Source: Mustelus asterias (lineage: Eukaryota). Taken from it: 56,042 bases of DNA. The stretch is from contig NW_027590773.1 of assembly GCF_964213995.1 (NCBI RefSeq), forward strand, positions 124,001 to 180,042. The letters are read 5' to 3'. The notes under the pieces are model-generated. The model worked only from the letters and a program-made list of their open reading frames with translations. It had not been told where the DNA came from and did no database searches. Shown piece by piece: positions 22,161 to 35,599 of the stretch. Numbering within the stretch: position 1 is the first letter of the stretch; every line of letters begins with the position of its first letter. The position numbers and the translations under genes are program-made.

Positions 22161-25100
22161 ATAAAAGCAGAGTTAAAGTTAAAATTTTATTTGTTAATCA
22201 CAAGTAGGCTTACATTAACACTGCAATGAAGTTATTGTGAAAAGATATAGAGATGGGGAGAGAGAGAGAATGCTGCTGTACTTCAGACAGAATGAGTCAC
22301 AGAGAGGGAGCAGAGATAGACAGAGGGGGGAGCAGAGAGAGAGAGAGACGGAGAGGAGGCTGCTGTGATTGAGATAAAATGATCCACAGAGAGAGGGAGA
22401 GATGTCCAGAGAGGCTGAGATACAAAGTGAGATGTCGAGATAAATAGAAAGTGGGGCTTTGGCAAGACAGAGTGACAAAGTTTCAGAGAGAGAGTGAAAG
22501 ATAGAGAGAATGAGAGAAAAGGGAGAAAGATGCTGCCATTTTGAGAGGCTGAGGTATAAAGGATGGGGAGAGACAGGGATTGGAAAGATGTGGAGAAACA
22601 GTTCTGAGGATGGGGGAGTTGCACAGACAGAGCTTCAGGGAGAGGGATTGAAATCTGGGATTACATTGGAGCAGGGATCACTGGGAATACCCCCTCCCCC
22701 TGACACACAGACCACTAACCCTCCGTGTAAAAGCCCCACCAGTCTATCTGTGAATAAAAATGAACGACCAAGACACGGGGACTTTTATTAATATTTTTCT
22801 CTCTGGTTATAGCTCTTGTCCGAGGATTCCTCACGGCAAAACTATTCGCTCTCTGCATCGCCAAAGTTTCCAAAGGAATTCTCCTTGGAAGAGAGAAAGA
22901 GAAAATAAAGTGAAATTTGATTAAACACAAAACAAAAGCTGATTAAAAACAATAAAAGGCACAGCAAGATCCCAGGACTTGCTGAAATTCACAATCTCAC
23001 GGGGGGGGTGGGGGAAACATTCATTTTCACCTCCTCATTATTAAACCCTGACAAAATGGGAACACGTTTCAAATGCAATGAACTTGCAACTGCCTCCTGA
23101 CTGTCCCGACATTGAATTTATTAAACACATCAAAGCATTCTGGGGGCTTTACTCCAGAGACAGGCCAGTGAAAAAACACAGGAGGCCCCAATGAAGTTCC
23201 CACTTCTATCAGTCACCTCTCTCCCCTCACTCTGTTTCTCCCTCTCCGTCTCTTACACACTTCCCCCCAGATCTCTATCTGTCCAATACCCCGTCTCTGC
23301 TCCTGTCTCTGGATAACCTGTCCTGATCTCTGCTCTGTTTCTCTATCTCGAGGCGAATCTGGATTGAAATGCTCTCTCTAAGTTTCTGTCTGACCGTTTA
23401 AAATAAAACTCACAATCAAAAGGGAAATGAGAAGGGGGCGGGAGCTGGAAAATCCACAATCCCACCCTGAAGCGGCTGCTTCACATTTTATTGAACCATT
23501 GAATTCAGCCACTTAAACCCTGTTGGGGAATTAAGCGAATGCAAAAGTGCTGCTGAGATTTAGGCCGTGAAGTGAGGCCTAGTCACAGAGGCTGCATTAT
23601 TCCTCCGGTAGAAAGAACAAACCCCCCTCTCTCCCACCCCCCAGTTAAACAGAACAATCTTCTCCATCCACACCCACAAATCCCAGCGCCCTGTCTAAAA
23701 ACACAAGCAGGACTCTGGGATTGAGAACAAGCCTTTCCCCCAGGCTCAGGAATTTGAATTTCAGCTCCCTCTCCCTCCCGAGTGCTTCACAGTGAGAGAG
23801 AGAGAGAGACTGGGAATGCTGCAATCAGGATCCCACAGGGAGTCCCACACTGCAGGAGGACACCCCCCCCACCCCCAGAGCCTCTGTCTCTATCCCCCTA
23901 CCCCCCCTCCCCTGAGCCCCCCCACACTCCCCACCCATTCTCTATTCCTCTCTCTCTACCCCACCCTCCTTCCTCTCCATCTTTTCATGTTTAAAGTGTG
24001 GGGCGCTGTCACAGTGCAGGGAATATGGGGCGGGGAGGAGGGCACAGCAAGATCCCACACACACAGTCTGAGCAGGGCCAGATACAAAGTGATTTTTAAG
24101 TGAGGATTGGGCTAAAGTGAGTGGGCAATGAGGGAACCACACTTCTCCCTCTCTCTCCCTTGCTCCCCCCCTCCATCTCTTCCCCCACCCCAAATAAAAA
24201 TAATGACAAGTCACTCCAGGATTGGGGCTGTTTGTACATTCAATATGAACAGGGAACCTTCCACTTCGAGCACAGTCACACCTCTCCCATTCCCTCTGTC
24301 TCTCGCTGTTTCTTTCTCTCTGCCTGTTTCTCTGCCTCTATCTCTGAACCTGTCCAGCCCCCTCTGTGTCTCTTTTGCTTTCCCCCCAGATCTATATATA
24401 TCCAAACCCCATCTCTGCCCCGGTCTCTCCTACTCTGGATAATCTGTCCTGATCTCTGCTCTGTTTCCCCGTCTGGGGATGAATGGGGATTAAAATGCTC
24501 TCTCTGATAAGTTTCTGTCTGACCGTTTCAAATAATGACGTGTTGTGGGCCACGCTTGCTATTTCTCAGTGATTTCCGTGGGGAAATGGGGAGGGAAGCT
24601 CCTCCTGCAAAGCCAGATCTCTCTCTCACTGCAATGTGGCAGCAGCCAGATTCCAATATCTTTATATTGGGAAAAAATCTTTTCAAACACAACAGCACAG
24701 ATTCAGCCTCAGTCACACAGCCGCTGGTTACAAATCCCACCTTCTGGGAGGGTGTGAGTGAGGGTCTTTTCCCCAGAGACTGGGGAGCTGGGCTGTGAGT
24801 GCAGAGCAGAGGACCCCCCCCGAACCCACCCCGCCCCTCCAGTGTGTCTCCTCTCCCTGCCCCTCTGCCTTTGATCTCCCTCTGTTACCCTCCCTTTCTC
24901 TCTCCCTCCCTGATAACTCACAATCAAAGGAGAAAGATGGGAGAGAGAGATGCAGCAGGAAAACCCACAATCACATCCCCAATCCGATGGATTTAAGCGG
25001 CTGCTGCAGGTTTTATTCGGCTGCCTTTCTCTCTCTCTCTCTCTGTCTTTCTCTCCTTCCCCCCCTCCCTGTCTTTCTCTGTCTCTGTCTGTCTTTCCCT

Positions 25101-25957
25101 GCCTCCCTGTCTCTCTCTTTCTCTCTCTCTGTCTTTCCCTCCCTGAAATTAAATCAAAAAAATTCACATTGGTGTTTTCCTTCACATTTGATTGAAAGGT
25201 GAAATATAGACAGGAATGTCTGGGGAGAGAGAGAGGGGAGGGGTGCAGAGATTGGGAAGAACGCTGGAGAGACAGAGACAGGGAAATTATGAACCCTCCA
25301 TCCAAATAGAAATTCCTGGGAAAAGAGAGAGGAGAATCTGGAGTCACACAGCACAGAAACAGGCCCTTCGGCCCACCAGGTCTATGCTGGCCGTCAAATC
25401 CCAATCTATACTCCCCCCATTCCCCAGCACTTGCTGCACAGCCTACGATGCCTCGGTGATTTAAGTGCTTTAATTTACGTGACCCCGTTTCCACTTTCTT
25501 TCCTTTGAACCCACTTTGCGGTCCGTGAGCGAGATTTTGTTTAATAAAGTGTGGTCGCTGTTGCAGTGCGAGCAAAGGCCACAGGCCCTGTGTGTGCACA
25601 GCAAGATCCCACAACAACAGCAGCAGCAGCAACAATGTGAACCTGAATCAGATGGGACACAGTCCTCCCCAACACACACCCAACACTCTCGCCTGCTGTG
25701 AGCCCCCTTCCCCACTCACTACCCTGTGTGTGTGTGTGCGTGCGCCTGTGTGTGTATCTGTCTGTGTGTGTCTCATCCCAAATTTTCAGAAAGGGTTGAA
25801 GTCCCTCTTAAAACGAAGCCAAACCCTTTTTAAAACACAATCTCTGTGGTGCTCTGGAAGATCCCAGAAGGTGCAGTTCGCTGTGTTGTGTGTTTTAATT
25901 TGGGAAATGTTTATACAGAGGGAGAGTGAGGCAGAGAGGGGCTGAGGCTGTAGGGCC

Positions 25958-26036
25958 ACACAGTGGCACAGTGGTTGGCGCTGCTGCCTCACAGCTCCAG
26001 GGACCCGGGTTCAATTCCCGGCTCGGGTCACTGTGA
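25958..26036 (+). mobile_element. SINE head fragment (tRNA-like A/B boxes)
   Basis: TGGCACAGTGGTTGGCGCTGCTGCCTCACAGCTCCAGGGACCCGGGTTCAATTCC. Confidence 0.8.
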
Positions 26037-28544
26037 TCCTGTGTCTCTTCCCCCACCCCCTCACTGCACCCCCACAAACCTCACCTCTTGCTTTCTTTTC
26101 CTGTTTTCCCCCTCACTCTCCCCCTCTCTCTCTCCCACTCCCTCCATCTTTCTCTCTCACTCCCTGTCTGCCTTTCTCTCTCTCCGTCCATCTTTCTCTC
26201 TCTCTCTCCCACTCCCTCCATCTTTCTCTGTCTTTCTCTCTCTCTCCCTCACACTGTTTCTNNNNNNNNNNNNNNNNNNNNNNNNNNNNNNNNNNNNNNN
26301 NNNNNNNNNNNNNNNNNNNNNNNNNNNNNNNNNNNNNNNNNNNNNNNNNNNNNNNNNNNNNNNNNNNNNNNNNNNNNNNNNNNNNNNNNNNNNNNNNNNN
26401 NNNNNNNNNGACTGGGAATGCTGCAATCAGGATCTCACAGAGAGTCCCACACTGCAGGAGGACACCCCCCACCCCCAGAGCCTCTGTCTCTATCCCGCTA
26501 CACCCCCCTCCACTGAGCCCCCCCACACTCCCCACCCCTTCTCTGTTCCTCTCTCTACCCCACCCTCCTTCCCCTCCATCTTTTTATGTTTAAAATGTGG
26601 GGCGCTGTCACGGTGCGGGAAATATGAGGAGGGGAGACAGAGCATGAGGGCACAGCAAGATCCCACACACACAGTCTGAGCAGGGCCAGATAGATACAAA
26701 GTGATTTTTAAATGAGGATTGGGGTAAAGTGAGTGGGAAATGAGGGAACCACACTTCTCCCTCTCTCTCCCTCCACACGAGAGACCCCCAGATCCTGTGT
26801 CTCTTCCCCCACCCCCTCACTGCACCCCCCACAAACCTCACCTCTTGCTGCCCTTTCCTGCTCTCCCTCACTCTCCCCTCTCTGTCTCTCTCTCCCTTTC
26901 TCTCTCTCCCCCCCTCTCTGTCTCTTTCTCTCTGTAATATGGTTATGAAGCTGCATATATAAGGTTAAAGATGTGGTGTTTGAGAAATGTAAATATTGAA
27001 AAGAAATGCTGAGAAAACCAAAACGAACCATCCAGCGTTGTGTCTTTAGAAAGCCACACCCACAGATCCCAGCGCCCTGTCTAAAAACACAAGCAGGACT
27101 CTGGGATTGAGAACAAGCCTTTCCCCCAGGCTCAGGAATTTGAATTTCAGCTCCCTCTCCCTCCCGAGTGCTTCACAGTGAGAGAGAGAGAGACTGGGAA
27201 TGCTGCAATCAGGATCCCACAGGGAGTCCCACACTGCAGGAGGACACCCCCCCCCCCCCCACCCCCAGAGCCTCTGTCTCTATCCCCCTACCCCCCTCCA
27301 CTGAGCCCCCCCACACTCCCCACCCATTCTCTGTTCCTCTCTCTCTACCCCACCCGCCTTCCTCTCCATCTTTTCATGTTTAAAGCATGGGGCTCTGTCA
27401 TAGTGTGAGGAATATGGGGCAGGGGGGACAGAGCATGAGTGCACAGCAAGATCCCACACACAGCTTGAACAGGGCCAGATACAAAGTGATTTTGAAGTGA
27501 GGATTGGGGCGAAGTGAGTGGGAAATGAGGGAACCACACGTCTCCCTCTCTCTCCCCTCCATCTCTCCCCCACCCCAAATGAAAATAATAAGTCACTCCA
27601 GCATTGGTGCTGTTAGTACATTCGATCTGAACTGGGAACCTTCCACTTCGAGCAGAGTCCCACCTCTCTCTGATTCCCTCTTTCTCTCGCTGTTTCTCTC
27701 TCCCTCTATCTCTGAACCTGTCCAGCCCCCTCTGTGTCTCTTTTGCTTTCCCCCCAGATCTATATATATCCAAACCCCATCTCTGCCCCGGTCTCTCCTA
27801 CTCTGGATAATCTGTCCTGATCTCTGCTCTGTTTCTCCGTCTGGGGATGAATGGGGATTAAAATGCTCTCTCTGATAAGTTTCTGTCTGACCGTTTCAAA
27901 TAATGACGTGTTGTGGGCCACGTTTGCTATTTCTCAGTGATTTCCATGGGGAAATGGGGAGGGAAGCTCCTCCTGCAAAGCCAGATCTCTCTCTCACTGC
28001 AATGTGGCAGCAGCCAGATTCCAATATCTTTACAACACATCAAATATGAGGAAAATATATTTTCAAACACAACAGCACAGATTCAGCCTCAGTGACACAG
28101 TCGCTGTTTCTAAATCCCACCTTCTGGGAGGCTGTGAGTGAGGGTCTTTATCTCAGAGTAAAGTATAAAGTAAAGTTTATTTCTTAGTCACAAGTAAGGC
28201 TTACATTAACACTGCAATGAAGTTACTGTGAAATTCTCCTAGTCGCCACACTCTGGTGCCTGTTAATGCACCAGAGTGGGTTAATGCACCGAACCAGAGA
28301 CTGGGGAGCTGGGTGGGCTGTGAGTGCACAGCGGAGGCTCCCCTCCCCCCCCCCAGCTAACCCACTCCCCTCCAATCTCTCTCCTCTCCCTGCCCCTCTG
28401 CCTTTGCCCTCTCTCTCTCTCTCTCTGTTACCATCCCTTTCTCTCTCTCTCTCTCTCTCCCTCCCTGATAACTCACAATCACGGGAGAAAGATTGAAGAG
28501 AAAGAGATATAGCAGGAAAACCCACAATCACATCCCAAATCCAA

Positions 28545-29000
28545 TGAAAGGGTTGACCAGGATGTTGCCTGGTATGGAGGGTATTGGCTGTGAGGATTGA
28601 TTGAATAAACTGGGATTGTTCTCCCTGGAAAGACGGAGGCTGAGGGACGACCAGCTGGAAGTTTATAAAATTATGAGGGGTGTGGCGAGGATAAACAGTT
28701 GGGAGCTTTTTCCCAGGACAGAAATGATAATTACAAGGGGAACAAGTTCAAGATAAGGGGGGAAAGGTTGAGTGGAGATGTGCGGGGAAGGTTTTTACAC
28801 AGAGGGTGGTGGGGGCCTGGAATGCGCTGCCAAGTGAGGTGGTTGGGGCAGATACATTAGTGACATTTAAGACTTATCTGGATAGACACATGAACAAACG
28901 GGGTAGAGAGGGATACAGGCCATTGGTCTCGATAGGTAAACATGATCGGCGCAGGCTTGGAGGGCCAAAGGACCTGTTCCTGTGCTGTGCTGTTCTTTGT
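28545..29000 (+). mobile_element. CR1 LINE 3' end, present in only one duplicate copy
   Basis: TRMLPGMEG...LGLFSLERRRLR...VVGAWNALPSEVV. Tail GAGGGCCAAAGGACCTGTTCCTGTGCTGT. Confidence 0.85.
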
Positions 29001-30319
29001 ATTAAAGTGTCTGCTGCAGGTTTTATTCGACCGTCGAGTCCCATCGATTTAAACACAGGCACTGTTTGGAAAAGGAGCAAAATGCAAAAGCCTTCCTGAG
29101 GTTAGGCCTGGGATTGAGGCCTGGTCACAGAGGCTGCATTATACATCCTGGACAAAGAACAGGTTCCCCAGGCCCCGGCCAGTTCACCAGAACAATCCCC
29201 TCCAGTCCCGAAACCTCCCGGACAGGGCCTGGGAGGAGGGAGGGGGGAAAAGGGAACCTGTGGTGCCCCCACCCCCTTTCCCCTTCCACCCTCCCCTCAC
29301 ACCGCACGCAGCCCCCATTACAGAATCACAGAATCCTACAGTACAGAAGGAGGCCATTCGGCCCATCAGGTCTACACCAACCACATTCCCATCCAGGCCC
29401 CATCCTNNNNNNNNNNNNNNNNNNNNNNNNNNNNNNNNNNNNNNNNNNNNNNNNNNNNNNNNNNNNNNNNNNNNNNNNNNNNNNNNNNNNNNNNNNNNNN
29501 NNNNNNNNNNNNNNNNNNNNNNNNNNNNNNNNNNNCTCTCCCGATCTCTCTCTCCCTGTCCAATATTGTTATGAAGTTGCGTATATCAGGTTAAAAATGT
29601 GGTGTTTGACAAATGAAAATATTGAAAAGAAATGCTGAGAAAACCAAAACGAACCATCCAGCGTTGTGTCTTTAGAAAGCCTGTGTCTCTGTGCTGGGGA
29701 TTTTAAACTGCAGAAAGCAGGGCTGCAGAACACAACTTTACAACATTTGTGTCCAAAGCAGCAGCCAGAGTCCCAGCAGAGCAAAACAGGCTTTGAACTG
29801 GACCGATGATTTTAAAACAAGCTCTCAAACGCACACAACCAATTGCATTCAAATTGGGGCGTTGGTGACAGCCTCAAGCCACTCAAATTGCAGGAATACT
29901 GTGAGGAAATTCTGGGTATTTAAACCTGGGACAGGGGGAAATAACGGGGAGGGAGCGACCTTGCTGCCTCTTTAGATTGAAGGGGGGAGAGTCTGATACT
30001 GAATCCTGCAGTAATATATACAGCTTCATCACATCACCATCTAAATAGAAGCAGAAACCAACTCAGAAAGTATTCCAGACCCAAGCAGCAGAAGCAAGTT
30101 CACACTTCCAACAGACGCCTGGTTATTCGAGGGTGACTCTATTCTGTAATGATTTATTTCATTATTCCTGAGTGAGTCTTGTCCTTGGAACAGCATTCTA
30201 TTGGGGAGTTTATTCAGTTTGTTCATTGTTTTAATAAGGTTGTCACCCAGTCTAAATTAAAGACCTGTTTGGTTGTTCCTGATGGAGAGAGTGTCAGATC
30301 TTGCTTTAATTTACCAATT

Positions 30320-30496
30320 TCTCCCACAGTCCAAAGCTGTGCGGGTTGGGTGGATTGGCCGTGTTAAATTGACCCCAGTGTCAGGGGGATTAGCAGGTTA
30401 AAAGTGTGGGGTTACGGGAATAGGGCCTGGGTGGGATTGTGGTCGGTACAGACTAGATGGGCCGAATGACGACCTCCTGCACTGTAGGGATTGAAT
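30320..30496 (+). mobile_element. HE1-like SINE, 3' part
   Basis: CTCCCACAGTCCAAAG...GGGCCTGGGTGGGATTGTGGTCGG...GATGGGCCGAATG. Confidence 0.8.
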
Positions 30497-32619
30497 GTCT
30501 AAAACCAGTCGCTTCCTCCTGTCTCTCACACACTTATTTAAGATTACGAGGCGAGGTGTATCCCTTTAGGGGGTTACAAAATAGCGCAGAGGGAAACATC
30601 ACCTCAGAGTGGTAACAATATTTATAATCCCACAATCACACACCCACCCTCCCTTAGTCAATGAATGAATGATTCAAATGACAATGAAGGTAATTCTGCA
30701 CAGCAAGATCCCACTGCCAGTCCCACAGTGGAGGAGGACACCCCCAGACTCTGTGTCTCTTTCCCCCTGCCCCTCCTGAGACCCTCTCACATCTCCCCCA
30801 CCCCCTCTCTGTTTAGCTCTCCCTCCATTTCTCTATCTCTCTCTCTGCCTCCTCCGCCTCCCCAACCCTTCTCCTTCCCCTCAATCTTTCCTGTTTAAAG
30901 TTCTGCTCACGGTCACAGTGCGAGGAATAGGGAGCCAGACCCACCTGTGTGCACAGCAAGATCCCACACACACAACCTGGTGAGGGCCAGATTAAATAAA
31001 TGTTGTGGGTGAGGACTGCAGGAGAGTGTGTGGGAAATGGGATCCACTCCTCTCTCTCTCTCTCTCTCTTCCCAAATTAAATTGACAACAATTCACATTG
31101 GTGTTTTCTTAAACATTTTATTGAAAGATGAAATATAGACAGGAATGTCTGGGGAGAGAGAGAGGGGAGGGGTGCTGGGATTGGTAAGAACACTGGAGAG
31201 ACAGAGAAATTCTATACCCCCCCCCCATCCAAATAGAAATTCCTGGGAAAAGACAGAGAGAAAAGAATCTGGAGTCACACAGCACAGAAACAGGCCCTTC
31301 GGCCCACCAGCTCCATGCTGGCCATCAAATCCCAATCTATCCTCCTCCCATTCCCCAGCACTTGCTCAAGAGCCTACGATGCCTCGGTGATTAAAGTGCT
31401 TGAATTTACCCGACCCCTTTTCAAGCTTTTTCCTTGAACCCACTTTGCGGTCCCTGAGCCAGATTTTGTTTGAAAATAAAAAGTGTGGGCGCTGTTGCTG
31501 TGCAGGCAAAGGCCACAGGCCCAGTGTGTGCACAGCAAGATCCCACAGTAGCAGCAGCAATGTGAACCTGAATCAGATGGGACACAGTCCTCCCCCCACC
31601 CCTCCCCCACTCTCTTGCCTGCTGTGAGCCCCCTTCCCCACTCACTACCCTGTGTGTGTCTGTGTGTGTGTGTCTGCATCATCCCAAATCTCCAGAAAGG
31701 CCGGAACTCCCTCTTAAAAGTAACCCTTTTTAAAACTAAAATCCCTGTGGTGCACAGCAAGATCCCACAAAGTGCAGTCAGCTGTGTTGAGCATTTTTTA
31801 AATTTGGGAATTGTTTATACAGAGTGAGGGAGCCAGAGAGGGGCTGAGACAGTGAAATCCCTCTCTCAGGACCCTCAGAATTAAACTGGAGACCCTGTCC
31901 CTCACTGAAACCCCCCCTCCCTCTAACAGCCTGTGTCTCTCCCCCTGCATCTAATCCACAACTCCAGCTGTTTCCATCCCTCCCTCTTCCTCTCTCTCCC
32001 TGCCTCTCTGTCTCCATCTGTTTCTGCTCGAGAAGAGACGGGGAGAGAGAGAGACGGGGAGAGACAGAGATAAAGCGAGAGAGACAGATATTTGATAATT
32101 AATTGTGTATGGTCGCATGATTGAGTGTGGTTTAATTTGGTGATTTTTTTTATACAGAGAGGCAGAGAGAGAGGTGAAGACAGTGACATTCTCCCCCTGG
32201 CACCCTCGCAAGTTCAAAGACACAAAAGCTGCAGACACTCACACACACAAACTGGGTTTGGTAAGTTTCCCAATCTCTGCAGCTTCCCATGTGGCCCAGG
32301 GTTTGAATTGAAATTTAAAAGCAGCTTGGAGAGACTGAAGGATTTTTGAGTTGAGTTTCTCCCCCCCCCTCACCCTGTAAATATAAAATAGAAATTCCTG
32401 GATTAAAATATTCCCTTGGACAGAGCAGAGGGAATGTGTGAGTGGTGTGTGTGTGTGTCTGAGACCTAGGCTGGATTTGGGAATATCTGCCTGCTGAAGA
32501 GGGTCAGTGAAACCATCCTGGCTGAATATCTCATCGCTAAAGAGTCACAGAGAGAGATATCTGATCAATAAATGTGTTACTGAACCCACTCTGGATGCTC
32601 CCTCTATCTCTGTCTTTCT

Positions 32620-32925
32620 CACTAACTTCATTGCAGTGTTAATGTAAGCCTTGTGACACTAAGAAATAAACTTTAAATCTTTCAACTTTAAAAACTCTCT
32701 CTTTCTGTCTCTCTCAGTAACTGCAGCGTTAATGTAAGCCTTACTTGTGACACGAATAAACAAACTTTAAAACTTTAAATATCCTCTCTGTCTCTTTCTG
32801 TCTCTTTATCTATGTCTCTGTCTCTGTGTGTCTCTGTCTCTCTCAGTAACTTCATTGCAGTGTTAATGTAAGCCTTACTTGTGACACTAATAATCAAACT
32901 TTAAAACTTTCAACTTTAAAACCTC
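32620..32925 (+). mobile_element. Three tandem SINE/LINE tail fragments
   Basis: Three copies of (CATT)GCAGYGTTAATGTAAGCCTT..TGTGACAC..AAACTTTAAA. Confidence 0.7.
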
Positions 32926-34033
32926 TGTCTGTGTGTCTCTGTCTCAATTCAGACACTAGTTCAGTGCCAGGTTGAGAGGGGGTCAGTATTGAGCAGAGTG
33001 GGAGGCAGTTTGATACAAAGTTTGCAGAAACTGCAGCGAGTGTTTGTAAACATGTTGGGGTTGTGGAAAGGTCAGTGTGTAACAAGCTGAGGGAAGGTGT
33101 TTCCACTTCACATGTGGCTACTTTTTGACAGAGTTACCTTTGCATCTACAGGGAGCTCTGAAGCCTCATGGCTTTCTGCCTGCCTCTGTTTGAACAGTTT
33201 AATATGTTTCAGCACTGAGACCTCTGGCCCTTGTTGGGAATATCAGTCTCCCAGAATACCAGTATACCTGACTGCCCACCTCCCCGCCCGCCAACCCCAG
33301 CCCCCAACCCTGTGTGTGTGTTGTCCCAAGTCTGGAGACTTCCCCGCAGTCCCCTGAAAGGTTTAAACTGCCTCTGAGAAAACACCCCTTTTTAAAACAA
33401 AATCCCCAGCAAGATCCCACAAGGTGCAGTCAGCTGTGTTGAGTGTTTTGTAATTTGGGAAAAGTTTATACAGAGAGAGAGAGAGAGTGAGGCAGAGAGG
33501 GGCTGAGACAGTGAAATCAAACCCCCCGGGACACCCAGAATGAAAATTACACAGCACAAAATCCCAGGATTGCCCCTTTCCAGGTTTTACTGAGAGTTTG
33601 TCCAACTAAATATTAATTCCTGGGAAAAAGAGGGAGAGAGAGAGAATAAAGAGAGGCAGATAGAGGAAGGAAATGGAGAGAAAAGCAGAGAGAAATAGAC
33701 AGAATGGGGGGAAAGCTGTGGAGAGGATGAAATGAAAATCTGAACATCTGTAAACTGAATTGTAAAGGCCTCTGTGAATTTTATTCAACAATTAGGTTCA
33801 TTGCTCTGTCTCCGACCCCTGTTATTTTAGATTTAAAGCAAACTTATAGACAGTTTCATACATAATTTAGTCTTTGCCACCCACCAAAGGGTTAACGTGT
33901 TCGTGACTAATTACAAAGCCGGGATATTTTAACCCCAGGGTTTCAAACTCCAGCCCCCCTCCCCACAATCGAATCCGAGGAAGCAAGATTAAAATTAAAC
34001 CTGGATCAGGATAATAAAGAGACAACAACTCAC

Positions 34034-34135
34034 TTGCAGCCTATAGAACAGGCTTCAGTCCATCCATCCTCCTCTGGAGAAAAGCCCCTTGTCCAAGGAT
34101 TCCGAGTCCCGTTGCAGTCTTCAAAATTCAAATTC
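34034..34135 (-). other. 102-nt exon-like cassette, copy D (NLNFEDCNGTRNPWTRGFSPEEDGWTEACSIGC)
   Basis: Pyrimidine tract plus CCCCAG| acceptor and |GTGAGT donor. Open only in phase 2/2. Confidence 0.55.
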
Positions 34136-34829
34136 CTGGGGAGAAGAGAGAAAATAGTTAATTAAAATACAAGAAAATATTTAAATTAAATAGCACAAGA
34201 GCCCAGGATTCCCCTTCTCAGATTTTACTGAGAGATTGTCTAACTAGATATGAATTCTTGGGGAAAAGAGAGAGAAAATTAATTAAATACAAGAAACCAT
34301 TGAAATTAAATCTCACCAAAACGCAGGATTCCCCCTTCTCAGTTACACAATCTCTCAGAAACATCAGAATGGCATGAACAGAGAGAGAGAAGTCTACAAA
34401 CAGAATCTCCTAAAACTGAATTCAAATATCCACAACCCCCCAGTCCATCCCTGTCTCCCTCTCAGACTCCAGGAGCTGCTCATCTCCCTCTTTCAGTTTG
34501 GGAAGGGGCTGCTGATTCCTTCGGGACACTTTTTAAAATCGCCCTCCCGGGATTGGTTTCTACAACTCCCTCCATCTCCCTTTCACTATCTCCCTCTCTT
34601 TTCTCCCTCTGCTCCTGTCTCTCTCACTCAGTGTAAAGATGGATGTTCCTGTCTAGATCCTTGTCCCTGTCCCCTCTCTTTCTCACTCGTTGTCTCTGTC
34701 CATAGCTGTTTCTTTCCCTCTCTCTCATGTACTCTGCATTGAAATGAGCGATGCCATATTCCTGTCTCCCTGTTTACAATAACACAGTTTTTGTTGATTA
34801 AAGGTTTAAAGAGACACAAAGGAAGATGG

Positions 34830-35050
34830 AGCCAGAGAGAGAGAGAGACATTCTGGAGAGTGAAAGACAGATATGGAAGAATGCTCGACGGAGAGAGACA
34901 TTCTGGAGAGTGATGGACAGATATGGAAGAACGCTCGAGAGAGAGACATTCTGGAGAGTGATAGACAGATATGGAAGAATGCTCGAGAGGGAGAGAGAGA
35001 CATTCTGGTGAGTGATGGACAGATATGGAAGAATGCTCGAGAGGGAGAGA
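34830..35050. repeat. Short tandem repeat, ~4 copies of GAGAGAGACATTCTGGAGAGTGATGGACAGATATGGAAGAATGCTCGA
   Basis: Directly visible. Confidence 0.85.
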
Positions 35051-35497
35051 TGAATGGAAAGAAACAGGAAGGGAGAGAAAGCTGAAGATAGGGGAAAAAT
35101 ACTGGAGAGAGAGACAGAGAGAAAAGCAGAGCGAAATAGAATGGGGAAGAAAGCTGCAGAGGGGAAGATAAATGTAATGGCTGAACTTCAGAAAATTGAA
35201 TTGTAATGTCCTCTGTGAATCTTATTTAACATTCGGGTAAATCACTCTCTCCCACCCCTGTTATTTTGGATTTGCATCAAACTTTTAGACAGTTTCATAT
35301 TACAGATATTTAATTTACTCTTTGCCACCCAGCAAAGGGTTAACCTGTTTGTGACTAATTGCAAAGCCGGGATATTTTAACCCCAGGGTTTTAAACTCCA
35401 CCCCACCCCATCCCACAATCGAACCAGAACTGGTTCGTCCAAGAAAGCGAGATTAAAATTAAACCTGGATCAGGGTAATAAAGAGACGACAACTCAC

Positions 35498-35599
35498 TTG
35501 CGGCCTAAAGAACAGGCCTCAGTCCATCCATCCTCCTCTGGAGAAAAGCCCCTTGTCCAAGGATTCTGAGTCACATTGCAGTCTTCAAAATTCAAATTC
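35498..35599 (-). other. 102-nt exon-like cassette, copy C (NLNFEDCNVTQNPWTRGFSPEEDGWTEACSLGR)
   Basis: Same splice signals as copy D, no stop in the phase-2 frame. Confidence 0.55.

Larger units (their letters stand above)
23240..33560. repeat. Mosaic of local segmental duplications
   Basis: Approximate matches: 23670-24990 with 27060-28545, 25140-25950 with 31075-31850, 26410-26760 with 23810-24150, 26930-27055 with 29560-29680, and 33360-33520 with 31700-31870. Confidence 0.88.

Noticed and set aside
25455-25480. AAGTGCT miR-430/302-type seed (also at ~31395)
   Set aside because: It lies in an inverted CR1 tail fragment and has no convincing hairpin.
29060-29105. LFGKGAK as a TCR J segment
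   Set aside because: No properly spaced RSS, no TKL.V motif or phase-1 donor, and the paralogous copy at ~23520 lacks it.
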